From Balamuthia mandrillaris (taxonomy: Eukaryota), in assembly GCA_031835245.2 (NCBI GenBank), contig JAVKOQ020000019.1:62001-126000 (forward strand): 64,000 nt of DNA. Direction: 5' to 3'. The translations under genes and the position numbers were made by a program. Under the pieces are notes generated by a model that saw only the letters and a program-made list of their open reading frames with translations, did not search any database and was not told the origin of the DNA. The number at the start of each line of letters is the position of its first letter. Position 1 is the first letter of the stretch. Shown one piece after another: positions 1-12,529 of this stretch.

Positions 1-575
1 ACAGTATGACCGTATCCGACAGCGCCCTTCCTCGCTTGCTGTGCGGCACCGAAGGAATAAATGTCGACACGTAACAAACAACATGACGACACGGATGACA
101 AACCCATGTCGACGCGGTTATGCAATAAAAATGTTGAGGAGTCGACAGCTGAATTTTTCCTTTGCCTATTTTTTTTGGTGGTGGAAGAACGGTGGGCGGT
201 GCGGAGTGACCCGGCAAAACGGAACGAGAGAGAGAGAGAGAGAGCACGAGTTTGTCTTCTCCGCGTTTGCTCCTCCAAGCATACTGCACAAACGGACCCG
301 TGGTGCAGTGAGTGATCTTCTTTGATCGTCAGACAGGTGCACGATCTTTTTCCCGATTTTTTTTTTTTTTTTTTTTTTACATAGTGGAGAAAGAAGACTT
401 TTGTCCTCATTTTTTTTTAATTCTTTATGCACAGCAGGTAAAAACAAAACTCGACCCAACGTTCTCCCTTTTCTTCTGTTTCCAAACGATTCGTTCTAGT
501 CCCACAAAAAAAAACCTCAGAAGAGGAAGAGATAGACGTCCCTCGAAAAGGAGAACAAGAGATTAACAAACTCGA

Positions 576-3500
576 ATGCAAAAGATGAAAATGAACAAAT
601 TGGGCTTAGGCAACGCGCACTACTTTGAGGCCTCCAACCCCAAGTTTGAGGAGATCAAGCAGCTCCTCGAGCACGACAACCTCAAGGAAAAGCTGGAGGG
701 AATGAAGCGGCTGGTGGCCCTCATGTCCAAGGGCAAGGACGTCTCGCTGCTCTACCCCAGCGTGGTCAAGAACGTCTTTTGCAAGAACATGCAGATCAAG
801 AAGCTGGTCTACATGTACCTCGTGCACTATGCGGAGCTGGAGCCCGACCCCGCCCTGCTCGCCATCAACAACTTCCAGAGGGACATGGCCAGCGACAACC
901 CGCTGATGAGGGCGTTGGGCCTGAGGGTCCTCTCCAGCATTCGGTTGAAGGTGATCGTGCAGGTAGTCGTGCTTTCCTGTAAGAAGGCCGCCAAGGACAC
1001 CTCGGCTTACGTTCGAAAAGCTGCTGCCCAAGCTCTTCCTAAAGTTTACAGGTTTCTTTCTTTCTCTTCTCTTCTCTTTTCTGCTTCTCGTCCTCGTTCT
1101 CGCTCTCGTTCTCGTTCTCGTTCTCGTTCTCGCTCACCTTCTCATATTCTGTGGCTAAAACTTTTGCTCTTGTTGACAACTTTATCTCAAAGTTTGGAAC
1201 CAGAAATGTTGCCGGACCTTATCGACATTCTGCAACTTTTGTTGAAAGATACGTCCACGATGGTCATCGGCAGCGCTATGGCAGCGTTCAACCATCTCTG
1301 TCCGACTCGGTTCGATATGTTGCACCCTCACTTCCGAAAGATTTGTCACATGTTGGCTGATGTGGATGAGTGGGGACAGACCGCCATCTTGGACGCCCTT
1401 ACAAAGTATGGCCGTACCCAGTTTCTGGATCCTAATCTGAGAGACGTATGATTCTTTCTTTTTTCCGTTCTGTATTCTCGTATATTTTATCATCTGACTC
1501 ACTTTGAATTTATAGTCATACCAAAAGCAAAAGAAGAAAAAGAAGCAAGCCAAAAAGGGTTCTGATGAGGAAGATGAGGAAAGTTCCAGCAGTGATTCTT
1601 CTTCTGATGAAGGAGAAAACCCATACGATGACGCTATGTATGACATGGATCCTGACCATCGCCTTCTGTTGAACGCTGCTGCTATGCTCTTACGCAGCCG
1701 CAATGCTGCTGTACGTTTATCAGCATTATAACTCACTCTCTCTCTCTCTCATTTTTTCTTGCTCTCTCTTCTCTCCTACTTTTGATGTTGTGCTCTCGCT
1801 TCTCTTTCTATTGTTCTATTCTCTCTTCTTTTTCTCAGTAACATAAACTTTAACTCATTTAACAACAGGTGGTAATGAGTGTAGCATCATTGTTGTATTA
1901 CCTTGCTCCGAACGAGGAAGCTGTTAAAGTGGGTAGACCGCTCACTCGTATGCTTCGTGGCACTCGCGAGCTGCAATACGCCATTCTTTCCAACATCGCC
2001 TCAATGGCTGTTACTCGCCCTGTACATCACTTCTTTTCTTTATTCTTTTTCTGTTACCATTTTGTTTCTTATTCTCAAATTTTCTTCACAATAGGCTATG
2101 TTTCAACCATTTTTATTGGAGTTCTTTGTAGCTTCAACCGACCCAATCTTTATTCGTAATCTAAAGCTCGAAATTCTCACTTGCATTGCCAATGAGTCAA
2201 ACATTCACAACATTCTTGAGGAGCTCAACGTACGTGTTCATACTTCGCTGAGACTTTTTCTTGTTTGATAATTCTTAGTGATATGCTTAAATGAAAAAAA
2301 TGTGCAGACTTATGTGTATCAAGAGGACAAAGAGTTGGTAACCGCAGCCATTCAAGCTATCGGTCGGTGCGCTTCTCGTATTAAAGACGTTGCCGAAACT
2401 TGCATGCGCACTTTAATGCAGCTCATTTCCAACAGTTCTGGTTTGAATTTACTTTTAATTACTGTTCCTAGTTCTATTTGCAATAACTCTGATCTGTTCT
2501 CCTTTTTCTTTTCTCTTTCCTTCTCCTCTCTCGGTTTTTCTATTTTCTCTCCAATAGAGGCTGTTGTGGCCGAAAGTGTTGTAGTCATTAAGAAATTGTT
2601 GCAAATGGGTGCCAAGAGCGACTTCCCCCTCGACAAAGTTGTGGCTCACTTGGCTCGCTTGTTGGACGACGTCACTGTTCCCAAGGCCAGAGCAAGCACA
2701 ATTTGGGTAATCGGGGAGTACAGATCACACATCCCTCTGTTGGCTCCTGATATTTTGCGGAAGCTTGCTAAGAATTTCGTCCAAGAGGTATGTTTCCTTC
2801 TTCTTTCTTTTTCTCATCTTTATTTTCTCTTCCATTTTATACAACAAATTAAACGTTAAAACAAAAGGATGACTCAGTGAAGCTTCAAATTTTGAATCTG
2901 GGCAGCAAATTAGTTCTAGACAACCCCTCTCAAACGGCAGTCCTGTTCAAGTATATTTTGGATCTTGCTAAGTACGATCTCAACTACGATGTGAGAGACA
3001 GAGGACGGCTTTTGCGAAGCATCCTACTCGGCACGGATACTCCTAACCTCAAGGAACATGCTGCTCGTCTGTTCACGGCCGAAAAGCCTACTCCTGTTTC
3101 CCTTGCGGAACAAGATGGTTCGTCTTTGTGATGTTCTTATTTTTTTTCCTCTTATATCTCTTTAGTTATATTTCTTAGTACTAACACGTTATTTTATTTA
3201 TTTTTTTCTTAGCGGAGGAAGAGAGATATCATTTGGGCTCACTATCCCATTTGGTGGATCACATGGCGGTTGGCTACACCCCCATTCCTGATTGGCCCGA
3301 AGAGGCTCCCGACACGGACCGAACACCTGAGGTATATTCTCAGATTCACTTCCACTTATCACCATTAATCTCACTTTCTCTTTTCCTGTTTGTTTTATTT
3401 TGTTATACTCCCTTTCGATTCTGCTTTTTGTTCCCTTTTTCAACACTACAAGGGAGCACTACCAGCGGTGGGCGGAGAGCAACGTTTGGAGGATGCAAAC

Positions 3501-4043
3501 ACGAGCGGATCCTCCTTCTACTCTCACAGCAGCGACGACGAGGACTTTTGGGGTAGCGACTCTTCCTATTCCTCTGGTTCTCGCTCTCGCTCTGGTTCTT
3601 CTGCCTCTTCTTACAGCAGCAGTAGAAGTGGATCGGATACGGAGGAGGGCAGCCAAAGCTTCTCCGATGATGAGTCGTATTCTTCCTATTCTGATGAGTC
3701 TTCTGGGTTCGTTTTTTTTTTTTTCAATGTGCTTTCATTAATGTTTTATGTCTCACACAACCCCTCCGATAGAGATGAAAAAGAATCTACAAACACGAAA
3801 CAACAAAAGAGTGGTAAGTGCTCTCTCGCTTTCTCTCCTCTTCACTTCCTTTTCCCTATTCTAAACAAAGTCGACCAAAACAAAATAAAATCAGCAGCGG
3901 TGTCCTTTGGTGATTCCAACGGCACATTACAGCAGCAACAGCCAACGACCACGTCTTCACAAAAAGAAGTTGCAGATGCTGCCACAACAACAGCCACCAT
4001 CATCACAGAGGGCGAAGACCAAGAAACCTCTGAAGAAGACTAA
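576..4043 (+). CDS. AP3B: AP-3 adaptor complex beta subunit (multi-exon)
   Basis: Adaptin-N motifs: KLEGMKRLVALMSKGKDVS, IKKLVYMYLVHYAE, DNPLMRALGLRVLS, DVDEWGQ, MDPDHRLLL, LAKYDLNYDVRDRGR, GSLSHLVDHMAVGYTPIPDWPEEAPD, then a Ser/Asp-rich hinge. GT-AG introns, e.g. 1052-1192. Confidence 0.93.
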
Positions 4044-4139
4044 AAACCCTTTCTGCCTCCTTTCCCTCTTCTTCTCTCTTTCTTTAAGTTGTGCTTCTTT
4101 GGCATCTAAAACAAAACGAAAAACTTTTCTTTTTTCAGA

Positions 4140-4458
4140 CTAAGGCCGCATCTCATCTTCGTGCACCTCTGCAGAATCCAACAGAGGCTGTTTCATCGAG
4201 TCGAAACTTCTCGTGTCAAGACGAGTGTACTTCTCCACAGCCACTATTCCAGGATCCTCCAACAAGTCCTCTTCCTCCTCTTCTGGTGGGGTCAGATCGC
4301 TTTCTGCCCATTCGTGATACCACGCCAGCATCAACAGGAAGGCGCTCACAAAGAAGAGCACATCCCCGTGCGAAGCGACCAGGCGGATGCTTTTCACCTC
4401 TGCCGATCCGTAGAGCTCTTGCAACGTATGATAGCATTTCTGTGCACTATTGGGAGGG

Positions 4459-4501
<43 letters not shown>

Positions 4502-5313
4502 TAAGAACGGAGCATTGAAATAGATAAAAACAAAAGCAGAAAACAGTACTCAGCAGGGTCATGACCACCGCAAGCACCCTTCAAGTCGAAGTAAATGTCA
4601 AGACCCACGATGGTGGCCGCCAGGTAAGCAAAGCTGCCCAAAATGTTTGTCAGGTTCGTCCAAAAGTAGATGTCCGCTGTCTCTTTGCTCAAGTTCAGAG
4701 CGTAGTACCAACGCCACCTCCTTACCAACAATCGGCTGCGGGACTTGGGATAGAAAGTTTCTCCTTCTTGTCCATTTCCTGTTCATTTAAGAAATAAGCG
4801 AAACGAAAGAAAGAATGAATGAAAGTTAAAGAAAGACGAGCCACAAAGTAGAGGAACATGAAAACAAAAAAAAAAAAAATAGGTACCAGGACAATACTTC
4901 ATCAGCAAGGCATGAAGATAATAGAGCAAGCTGTCCACCACGAACACGACCATACTTATCAGCTGGTAGACCTGAATGCGCTGCCAGGCATCCAACCCGG
5001 TGCTCTGATAGGGAATCACGGCGGCCACGACGTACCCGATGCTCCCCACCACGTTCAACGCCTCGGCTGAGCGGCCCACCCAGGAGATGGGGTGCAGGCG
5101 AGGGTAGTCCTGCTCCGGCAGGGAGAGCTCAAAGGCCCACCAGTAGAAGAGGCTGTCCACCAGGAACAGAAGCGCGAGGGTCAGGTAGAGGGCGGAGCTT
5201 TCGTCCTCGTCCAAGGCGGCGTAGACGCCCAGGATGTCGACCAGAAGGTACCCCAAGGAGGGTATCACGTTGAAAAGGTTGCCCAAGAAGTAGGCAAAGC
5301 TCAGCAGGTTCAT
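4140..5313 (-). CDS. Multi-pass membrane protein with repeated N-x-x-G-S-x-x-Y helical hairpins (YrhK-like), about 3 exons
   Basis: ORFs 4783-5313, 4447-4731 and 4140-4577 join via introns. Repeated hydrophobic segments (GNLFNVIPSLGY, ALNVVGSIGY, LTNILGSFAY) and an acidic C-terminal tail. Confidence 0.6.
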
Positions 5314-5522
5314 TTTTTTGTTGTTTTTTTATATTTATGTAAAGAAATTTTCATCCAATTTCATAGTTGTCGGAAGGGTCGGCAGATATGACTAAAAATA
5401 GTAATATTAATTACGATCGGCGTTTAAATTATTGGTCACAGTTTTTCCTTTTTTTGTTCAAATCTCCGACACAAGTGTTTTATGTCGACTTGTCGACACA
5501 AAGATAAAGCAGAAAGATAGAA

Positions 5523-6593
5523 ATGAAAGGGCGGTTCTTCGTGACCGGCGGAAGCTGTTCTTGGCGGTGGTGGCACGCCTCTTCCTCTGTCGCTCGAAAG
5601 ACCACCAACCCGCGCTGTGGGTTGTGCAAAACTCGGCAACAAGCATCCTCTTCACCCCTCCTTCCCACAAGATACAAGAACACCTCCACAAAAAAGCAAT
5701 CCAAAAATGAGAAAGAAGCACTGGAGAACTACGAAACGGACGGCGACGCTTTGAACTCGCCCCACGTCCCTGTTCTGCTTCACGAGTGCCTCAGGGCTCT
5801 GCACATCCGTGAGGGGGGCCTCTACGTGGACGCCACATTTGGTCGTGGCGGCCACACCCAGGCCATCCTGGAAAGCAACGACACCTGTCGCGTCATCGCC
5901 GTTGACTGCGATGCCACCGCCTTTCAACAGGAGGGTCCTCGCCAGCTCTTCCAAAGGTTCGAGGGGCGAGTGACCCCCATTCACGGGCGTTTTGGGGAGC
6001 TGCACGCCCTCCTGCAGAGCGCGCAGGTGAGCCGAGTGGACGGCATTTTGTTCGACCTTGGCGTGAGCTCCCCACAGCTGGACACTCCCTCCCGTGGCTT
6101 TTCCTTTCGCCCTCACCTCTCCGGCCCTCTCGACATGCGCATGGATCAAACCTCTTCTGCTTCTTCGTCTGTTGTGTCAGCCAAGGAGGTGGTCAATCAG
6201 ATGGGCGAGGAGGAGCTGGCGGACATCCTCTGGCGATATGGCGAAGAGCGAAACTCGAGAAAGATCGCCAGGAACATCGTCAGGTACAGACAAACGGCCG
6301 CCATCGAGTCCACTGCTCAACTGGCGAACATCGTGAGAAGAGCGCAACAGCAGCCGAGAGCAGGAAAAGGAGGGGCAGGTGGGGAGAAGAAAGGCATTGA
6401 CCCTGCCACGAGAACGTTTCAGGCACTTCGTATCTTTGTGAATGACGAGGTTCGTTCTCGTTTCTCCTTTGCTTTTTTATTTGCACTAACGGTTTTCTTT
6501 TAATGCAGTTGGGACAGTTGGAAAAGGGACTTGTAGCTGCAGAAAGCCTGCTTGCAGAAGGTGGGCACCTCGCAGGTTAGTTTTCTCTCTCCC

Positions 6594-6638
<45 letters not shown>

Positions 6639-7080
6639 TTCAAGTTCTCTCCACCATTCTTCTCCTCACTGTTTGGCTCTCTCTCTCTCCCCACGTAAGG
6701 TTCTCGCTTCTCTTCTCTTCTCGTTCTCCCCACAAACGTAACATATTAAGTTTTCATTTCTTATCACAGTAATATCATTCCATTCGTTGGAGGACAGAAT
6801 TGTAAAAAACTTTCTAAATTATTGCAGCGGCAAAAAGACCGACTCTCTCTTCTCCACAACGACGTCGACAACGTCAATGACTTCAACTTCGCATCTTCAA
6901 CCAACGTCACAACTCGGCATCTTTCGTCCATCCTTTTACGTGAGAGAAGGACTGATACTTCCTTCCGAGGAGGAGACCCAGTCCAACCCTCGCGCACGCT
7001 CCGCCAAGCTTCGCACCGCAGAGCGTTCCTCTTATCCACCTTTATTCTCGCCTGCTTCTTCCTCTGCTTCTTCTGCTTAG
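5523..7080 (+). CDS. METTL15: rRNA m4C methyltransferase RsmH/MraW family, probably mitochondrial (3 exons)
   Basis: HVPVLLHE, YVDATFGRGGHT, DLGVSSPQLD..RGFSF, GPLDMRMD, YGEER, PATRTFQALRIFVNDE, FHSLEDRIVK, NPRARSAKLR. Arg/Ser-rich N-terminal extension resembles a transit peptide. Confidence 0.95.
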
Positions 7081-7373
7081 TCAAAGTATTTTCCAGAGCG
7101 GAGATAATAATAGACTAAAACAAAGAAGCAGAAAGAAGGCAACAACGCGATGGCAACAAGAAGAAAGGTGAAGCGAGTGACGATCGTGACTATGGACTCG
7201 GTCTCTTCCTTCTCATAGTGGAAGTTGCTGTTTTTGTGGTTGTTGTTGTTGGATGCAGAAAACGGATAAAAGTAAGAAGACGTTGGCGGCGTGGATCGTT
7301 GTCTATCATCGGGAAACAATTTTCTGTCTTCTTCATCGTACATGCGCTGCGGGAGAGGCGGAAGAGTCCTCAT
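7077..7373 (-). CDS. Small hypothetical protein with a C-terminal transmembrane segment (~98 aa)
   Basis: ATG at 7373 (MRTLPPLPQRMY...), hydrophobic FTFLLVAIALLPSFCFFVLVYYYL. Its stop overlaps the METTL15 stop. Confidence 0.45.
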   Translation of the reverse strand: MRTLPPLPQRMYDEEDRKLFPDDRQRSTPPTSSYFYPFSASNNNNHKNSNFHYEKEETESIVTIVTRFTFLLVAIALLPSFCFFVLVYYYLRSGKYFD

Positions 7374-7698
7374 GGTGGGTGTTGTTACGTTCACAAGTAG
7401 TAGTAGCAGCGCGGTGGTAGTTGTTAGTGTTTCTTTTTTTCGTTTTTTGAAAGTCACTGGCGGTTGTACTCAACGAAACCTCCTGCTTCTTCTCCTTCGT
7501 TTTTTTCTTTTTCCAAAATAACCTTTCTACGAACTGCTTTCCGATTTCCTACCGATTTCACACCAAGTTTATACCAATTTTCTGCATGTAAATGACTATC
7601 CTTAACATTTAAGGTATCCTTAAACTTAAGGAGGTAATCTGAGATCTACTTTTGATCTTGTAAAACAAAAATTTTCATTTGTAAAGAAGAAAAGTGTA

Positions 7699-9390
7699 AT
7701 GGAAGGAGGACCTCTTTCCACTTCACACTCTGCTTCTGCTTCTTCCTCGTCCACCTCCGCTACCGCCGCCAGACCCAGCCAAGCCAGGTTCGATGCACTC
7801 TTTCAACGCTATAATGTGCCCCTCCGCCTCCATCATAGCAAAGCAAAGGGAAGATTTGCGGTAGCCACGAGGGACATTCTCCCAGGGGAGGTCCTCCTCC
7901 AGGAGAAGGCCTGGTGCAGCGCCTGCCCCACCACCCTGAGAGAGCGAGTGTGCGCGCAGTGCTACAGGTTGGCGGAGGCCAGCCGGCCGTATAAGCTGAA
8001 ATGTGGCAAGTGCAAGGAGGTGGCCTGGTGCTCCGCCGAGTGTCAAATGCTCAGCCAACAATTTGGGAAAGGTGGTTTTAGTTCTTGTTCTTGTTCTTCT
8101 TCTTGTCCTTGTTCTTCTTCTTCTTCTTCTTCTTCTTCTTCTTCTTCTTTCTTTTTCTCCTTCTCTGTCTTCTTCTTGATGTAATGTTTTTTTCACGCAT
8201 GATATACCTACATAGGATACCACTATCATTGTGTGGAAGAGTGTCTAACGTTGTCAAGGTTGCATGGCACCCGCACCAAGTTCAGTGCCGACGAACTTAC
8301 TCAACTCCGCTTGCTGATTCAAATTGTTTGCCAGCGTTACCACGAACGTGTTGCCAAGAAAGCTGCAGACCAGTCGTGCGTTTTTTCTCTCTTTCTCCCA
8401 CACATTCGACTCATTTTTATCGTGTATAGTTCACCAAAGGCGCATATAGATGAGCCACCAAGCCAACAACACCCTATTTTGTTCTCCACATTTGAGGAGT
8501 TCAACGCTCTCGTCTCAAACTGGGAATTTTTATCCTCCGAGGTGGCTCACGCCATTCGTCTCCGGGCTGACCATGTGTTGAACATAATGCAACGTACGTT
8601 CTCAACGATGCTCTTGATACTTTTTCTTTCTATTGGTTTTCTCGTCCGTTGTTTAAAAACAATTTCTTACAGAAAAAGGAACACGCCATTGTGTGCGAGG
8701 ATTGGACCTGGATAAACTCGTTCGTTATATCTGCAAGTTGGAAAATAATTCCCACAATCTTTCCACAAAAGGCAAAAAGAAAGCCAACAGCTATGGCCAT
8801 GTCGTCTTTAACTGCAGCGCCATGTTCAACCACTCTTGTCTTCCTAACCTCGTTCGCAAGTTCGATGGCGATATCTTGGTAGATTTCCTCTCACATTTTC
8901 TCTCTTCTCCCTTCTCTTAACCGCTCATTTTTATTTTCGGTCAAACCAGACGTTGAGAGCACTATTACCGATTAAAGAAGGAGAAGAAGCGACTTTAACA
9001 TACGTTCCGATTTACGACAGCATGGAAGAACGACAAGACAACCTCTATCGCGAGTATCACTTTGAGTGCAGCTGTATGCGATGCACCTTTATCAACAATA
9101 GCAGAAAAAAGGAGCACTCGAACGTGATGGAAGACTTTGTTGAAAGTTGGATCCGTTGCACTAACCCAAAAAAAATTGAGTGTGATGGAATGATGGTCGC
9201 CAGGATAATAACAAACGAGGAAAGGAGGGAACAGGAAGATGAAAACGAAGCCAAAACGAAAGATAACGAGCATGATAAAGAAGTTTTGCAGACATGTTCG
9301 TTGTGTGAATACACAAGAAAGATAAGACGCAACCAAATGGAAGAAGAATGGGCAAAAGTGCTTCAAGCCAGCAAAGCTTTGATGGAATAA
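7699..9390 (+). CDS. SET and MYND domain lysine methyltransferase (SMYD family), multi-exon
   Basis: KGRFAVATRDILPGEVLLQE, MYND cysteines (CAQC..CGKCKEVAWCSAECQ), AMFNHSCLPN, IKEGEEATLTY, YHFECSCMRC post-SET. Confidence 0.9.
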
Positions 9391-9396
9391 ACAAGT

Positions 9397-10585
9397 TCAG
9401 GAAGAAAGGAAAGGAAAGAGAACAGGAGTGTTCTTCTTGTAATGCTGATAAGCTGCTTGTTGTCCCCATTTCTTGTCGTTTGCTTTCTCGATAAGAGGAA
9501 CTCCGCTCACTTTTGTCAGGAGGAACATCACGAAGCAAGGACTGAAGAGACAAAGCGCTCGCCATGTTGTGGAAGGCAGAGAGGAGAAGCTAAGGAGAAA
9601 GATGCCCCACCACAGAACTATCTCGCCGGCGTAGTTTGGATGTCGGCTGTAGCGCCACAGTCCTGTTCGGATAAAGTGGCTCTGGTTCCTTGGGTCTGCT
9701 CGGAAGATAAACTTTTGGTAATCTGTTTTGGGTGGAAGACAACAGCATTGAGGAGGCGGAGCGAGGGCAGTAGATATGGAAAGCAAAGAAGAAGAAGAAG
9801 AAGAAGAAGAAGAAGAAGAAGAAGAAGAAGAACAAGAAGAAGAACAAGAACAAGAAGAACAAGAAGAAGAAGAAGAAGAACAAGAAGAAGAAGAAGAAGA
9901 AGAAAAACAAAAACAAGAACAAGAACCAGGAGAAGAAGAAGCAGCAGCAGCAGAACAAGAACAAGAACAAGAACAACAGAATAAGAACTACAAGAACACA
10001 AACAAGAAGAATGAAGAAGATGGAGAAGAACAAAAAACCAAAAAGAAGAAAGAACAAGAAGAAACTGGAAGAAAAGCAAAGAAGGTGAAAGTGCTTACCA
10101 GCGATGGACTCCACAAGAAAGCCAACCAGCCACATCGCTACGCCCAACCAGTCCAACCAACCCAACGCCTGCTCCTCCTTTGCTCCATCAGCAGCAGCGA
10201 TGTTCACCACATACACGGGCAACGCGGTGAGCAGCACCCAAACGGCCTGAATGGTCCAGAACAAGAGGAAGAGCAACGGCTGGGTCTTGGCCCGATCGAA
10301 GCGTCGATCCTTGCCCTCCTTCAACACTCGAACGAACAAGAAAGACCCCAATCGCACAGCCCAAAGGACAACCAGCGAGCTCAGCAAAAGTTGGCGAGCG
10401 GTGAAGGAGGAAGAAGAAGAAGCAGTGGTGAAGAAGAGGGTGAAGAGAACGAGGACGAGAAAAGTGGAAGAGCCGGTGAGGTCGTAGAGCTTTTCGGTCT
10501 GCAGGAGGATGGAGGCCCCGCCGACGGTCCACTGGATGGCCAGGTCGAGCAGCGCGGCCTGGCCCAACGTCGTCAGTACGGACAT
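9397..10585 (-). CDS. DUF1295 / steroid 5-alpha-reductase C-terminal-like membrane protein (2 exons)
   Basis: TEKLYDLTGS, WAVRLGSFLFVRVLKEGKDRRFD, ESIA|DYQKFIF, GLWRYSRHPNYAGE, VSGVPLIEK. One microsatellite intron at about 9722-10098. Confidence 0.9.
9786..10075. repeat. (GAA/CAA)n intronic microsatellite
   Basis: Visible tandem triplets within the DUF1295 intron. Confidence 0.9.
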
Positions 10586-10862
10586 GTCTGCTGTTCTTGT
10601 TTGCTGTTGTGGCGCGCGTGTGGTTGCTAATGCGGAAAAGAAACCCCCTCCTCCTCCTCCTCCTCCCCTGCCAAGGAACAACCACCCTGGGAAAGCAAAA
10701 CCCCCGTTTCGGCCCACGTCCGACGGAAACATAACGTCATCACAACTCCTTAGGCAGTACTCCGTACGTGGTGGAGAGGGAGCGTCATGAGATATTAACA
10801 AAACTCAAACTCCTCTTCTCTCTCTCTCTCTCTCTCTCTTGCTTGGTGAGGCACCCTGTTCC

Positions 10863-10893
<31 letters not shown>

Positions 10894-10978
10894 ACTCTCT
10901 TGTGCTTATTTTTTTTGTTCCTGAAAGAAGAAAGAAGAAACTAGGAGAGAACAAAACTACGAGACAAGAGGGAGGGCA

Positions 10979-12430
10979 ATGCATAACAAGAGGAAGCACA
11001 AGAAAGACAAAGACGGAGCACAAAAGTCACGCCTGCCACCGTCGCCTCACAAGAAGCGACGACGCCAAACAAAGCGGCGCTCGCGCTCTTCTTCCTCTGG
11101 TGCCTTGGAGGAGGCTTCTGCCCTCGGAGAGGAACAACCGGTGACCTTCGCCCAAAAGCGTTGTTGGATAGAAGAGCTGCTCCCAGAGGAACTTCTCTGC
11201 CACATCTTCAACTTCCTGCCCGAAGATGCAGCCGCAGTAGCTGCGAGGACCTGCCGCCGATGGTTTCGCTGCTGCCCAGAAGCACTTCGCCACGTAGTGC
11301 CTCACTACACTCTCTTCCGCCATCTTCCCCTCTTGAAGTGGGCCGTTGGGAGCGACGGCTACACTTTGTTGAAAGACTATCCCTTGGCTTACACCATCCA
11401 CGCCGCGGCAGCTGAGGGCAGCATCGAAGTGGTGGAGTGGTTAGTCTTGAAGAAAAGCGTTCGACGGAACAATGGGCAGTGGGAGTGGGTCGCTGCCGCT
11501 GCTTCAGCTGGTCGCCTGGATGTCTTGCGGTGGTTGCACGGACAAGGCTTTGCACTCAGCGACGAAACGGCGTGTGTGAACGCTGCAAAGAAAGGCCATC
11601 TGGACGCTTTGAAATGGTTGCACGTGCATGGCTGCCCTTGGGGCGCTGACACCTGTGAGGCAGCAGCTTTTGGTGGCCGCTTGGCTGTGTTGGACTGGTT
11701 GTTGGCGACCAAACCTGGTGCTTGGAGAAACGTATCCATAAGTGAACTTGTGATGGGACAAGCAAATGCCGAGACGTTGCAGTGGCTTTGCGACAAGTGC
11801 CTCTTGACGGTGGAGCGTTTGCAGCACCTGGGTTCCGCTGCAGCAAGAGTAGGAAACCTGGAGGCACTCAAGTGGGGCACCATGCATGGCTGCTTAAAAC
11901 AAAGCAGCGCAACGTGGTGGGCTGCTACGAGAGGTGATGTAGAAATGCTTCAATGGGCTCATGCAAACGGCTATCCCTGGGACGCAAACACGTGCAGCTG
12001 CGCGGCCATGGCGGGACATTTGGAAGTGCTGAAATGGCTCAGAGGGAACGGTTGTCCTTGGGACGCAACAACCTCTGCCAGCGCTGCGTTGAGTGGACAT
12101 TTGGAGGTGCTCAAGTGGCTCAGAGCGAACGGTTGCCCTTGGGATGAGATCAGCTGCACCAACGCAGCAGGGGCCGGAAAGTTGGAGACGGTGATGTGGC
12201 TGCACGAACAAGGATGTCCTTGGGGGAACGCTACATGCTTTGCAGCGGTGTTGGGTGGCCGCTGGGAGGTCGTCACATGGATCATCAAGCACGGCTGCCC
12301 GCTGCTGCAAGAACAACAAACCAGCATGCTCAGCAACCCGGCCAAGCAGCAATACCAAGAACTTCGTTCGCGCATTGGAGCGGGAACCTTGTTTATTTGT
12401 AAGGACGACACGACACAACTTAGATTATAA
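10979..12430 (+). CDS. Intronless F-box plus ankyrin-like repeat protein
   Basis: Basic NLS-like N-terminus, F-box LPEELLCHIFNFL..ARTCRRW, and repeated AAxxGHLEVLKWLRxNGCPWD units. Confidence 0.88.
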   Translation: MHNKRKHKKDKDGAQKSRLPPSPHKKRRRQTKRRSRSSSSGALEEASALGEEQPVTFAQKRCWIEELLPEELLCHIFNFLPEDAAAVAARTCRRWFRCCPEALRHVVPHYTLFRHLPLLKWAVGSDGYTLLKDYPLAYTIHAAAAEGSIEVVEWLVLKKSVRRNNGQWEWVAAAASAGRLDVLRWLHGQGFALSDETACVNAAKKGHLDALKWLHVHGCPWGADTCEAAAFGGRLAVLDWLLATKPGAWRNVSISELVMGQANAETLQWLCDKCLLTVERLQHLGSAAARVGNLEALKWGTMHGCLKQSSATWWAATRGDVEMLQWAHANGYPWDANTCSCAAMAGHLEVLKWLRGNGCPWDATTSASAALSGHLEVLKWLRANGCPWDEISCTNAAGAGKLETVMWLHEQGCPWGNATCFAAVLGGRWEVVTWIIKHGCPLLQEQQTSMLSNPAKQQYQELRSRIGAGTLFICKDDTTQLRL

Positions 12431-12529
12431 TCTTCCGATCGGAAAATTAGCGAAATTCCGTTGATTTTTTAAATTAATTAATTATTGAGGGGTCATTAAT
12501 TTTAGTTAGAAAAAACAAACAGAACGAAG

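Noticed and set aside
5523..7080. RsmH, AlkB, PhyH or ParB genes as bacterial contamination
   Set aside because: RsmH, PhyH and the ParB-like gene have spliceosomal introns; intronless AlkB is embedded among eukaryotic genes.
9442..10630. Poly-Glu and poly-Arg ORFs on the plus strand
   Set aside because: Antisense translations of a (GAA)n intron and of the DUF1295 gene.
11027..12418. Several antisense ORFs over the ankyrin gene (likewise over the GPCR and AlkB genes)
   Set aside because: Shadow frames of GC-rich coding sequence with no recognisable motifs.
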